Positions 63,640-64,000 of a stretch of DNA of 64,000 bases are shown piece after piece. The stretch is from Escherichia phage HK3: sequence record PP526765; one strand, given 5' to 3'. The notes beneath the pieces are model-generated. The model saw only the letters and a program-made list of their open reading frames with translations. It ran no database searches and had not been told where the DNA came from. Each line of letters opens with the position of its first letter. The first letter of the stretch is position 1. The translations under genes were made by a program, and so were the position numbers.

Positions 63640-64000
63640 TTTATAGCTTATTTGGCAGATTTTTTATAAGGCTACTGCCATCCTTCCATACCAAACCCTA
63701 CCTTACCACACCATACCATACCAAACCCGACCAAACCCGACCGAGCATCGCTTAAAAATCCTCTTAGAAGACTCTTAAGTGATGTAATCGAATTTTAATG
63801 TAGCTCCGATTAACTACCCATACCTCACCTTACTTAACCGTACCGCACAGAACCACACCAAACCTAACACCACTTCTCATCACCTTATTAAAAACCATGT
63901 TTAAAGACCTTTTAAAAAGATGAGTCTCATTTTAATGTAGATGAGACTAACTACCCACACCAGACCTAGCCTTGCCTTACCATACCGAACAATACATCAC
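63640..64000. repeat. non-coding CA-rich repeat region with two copies of a unit built around ATTTTAATGTAG...TAACTACCCA
   Basis: copies near 63798 and 63938; CCATACC/ACCAAACCCGACC-type short repeats at 63670-63730. Confidence 0.6.

Overview
This 64 kb window reads as a contiguous piece of a large virulent myovirus genome, most consistent with a Felix O1-like (Ounavirinae) phage; everything below is from manual reading of the sequence and the ORF track, with no database search or folding run. Layout: (1) 1-14.1 kb, plus-strand nucleotide-metabolism and early genes (NrdG, an HNH-like endonuclease, a Prs-like/NAMPT-like pair, rIIA/rIIB, a spanin-like overlapping pair, a TARG1-like macro-domain protein); (2) 14.1-20.3 kb, an array of 14 small ORFs each preceded by a repeated promoter/stem-loop/Shine-Dalgarno cassette, with four iteron-like direct repeats upstream; (3) 20.3-21.9 kb, an ORF-free field of phased short repeats between convergent terminators; (4) 21.9-28.7 kb, a minus-strand block including a T4-type lysozyme and tandem paralogs, one with an Ig-like domain; (5) 28.9-36.1 kb, a vWA-domain protein followed by a cluster of about 26 tRNA genes interleaved with structured non-tRNA elements; (6) 36.1-60.0 kb, the virion module (TerL, portal, protease/scaffold, capsid, sheath, tube, tape measure, baseplate, two tail fibers with His-x-His tips); (7) 60.1-63.6 kb, minus-strand thymidylate synthase, DHFR and an HTH regulator, then a repeat-rich non-coding end. 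The most interesting candidate system is the vWA/possibly Ro60-like protein with downstream Y-RNA-like elements, one of which contains a circularly permuted tRNA-like module. tRNA coordinates and anticodons were derived by hand and may be off by a few bases.
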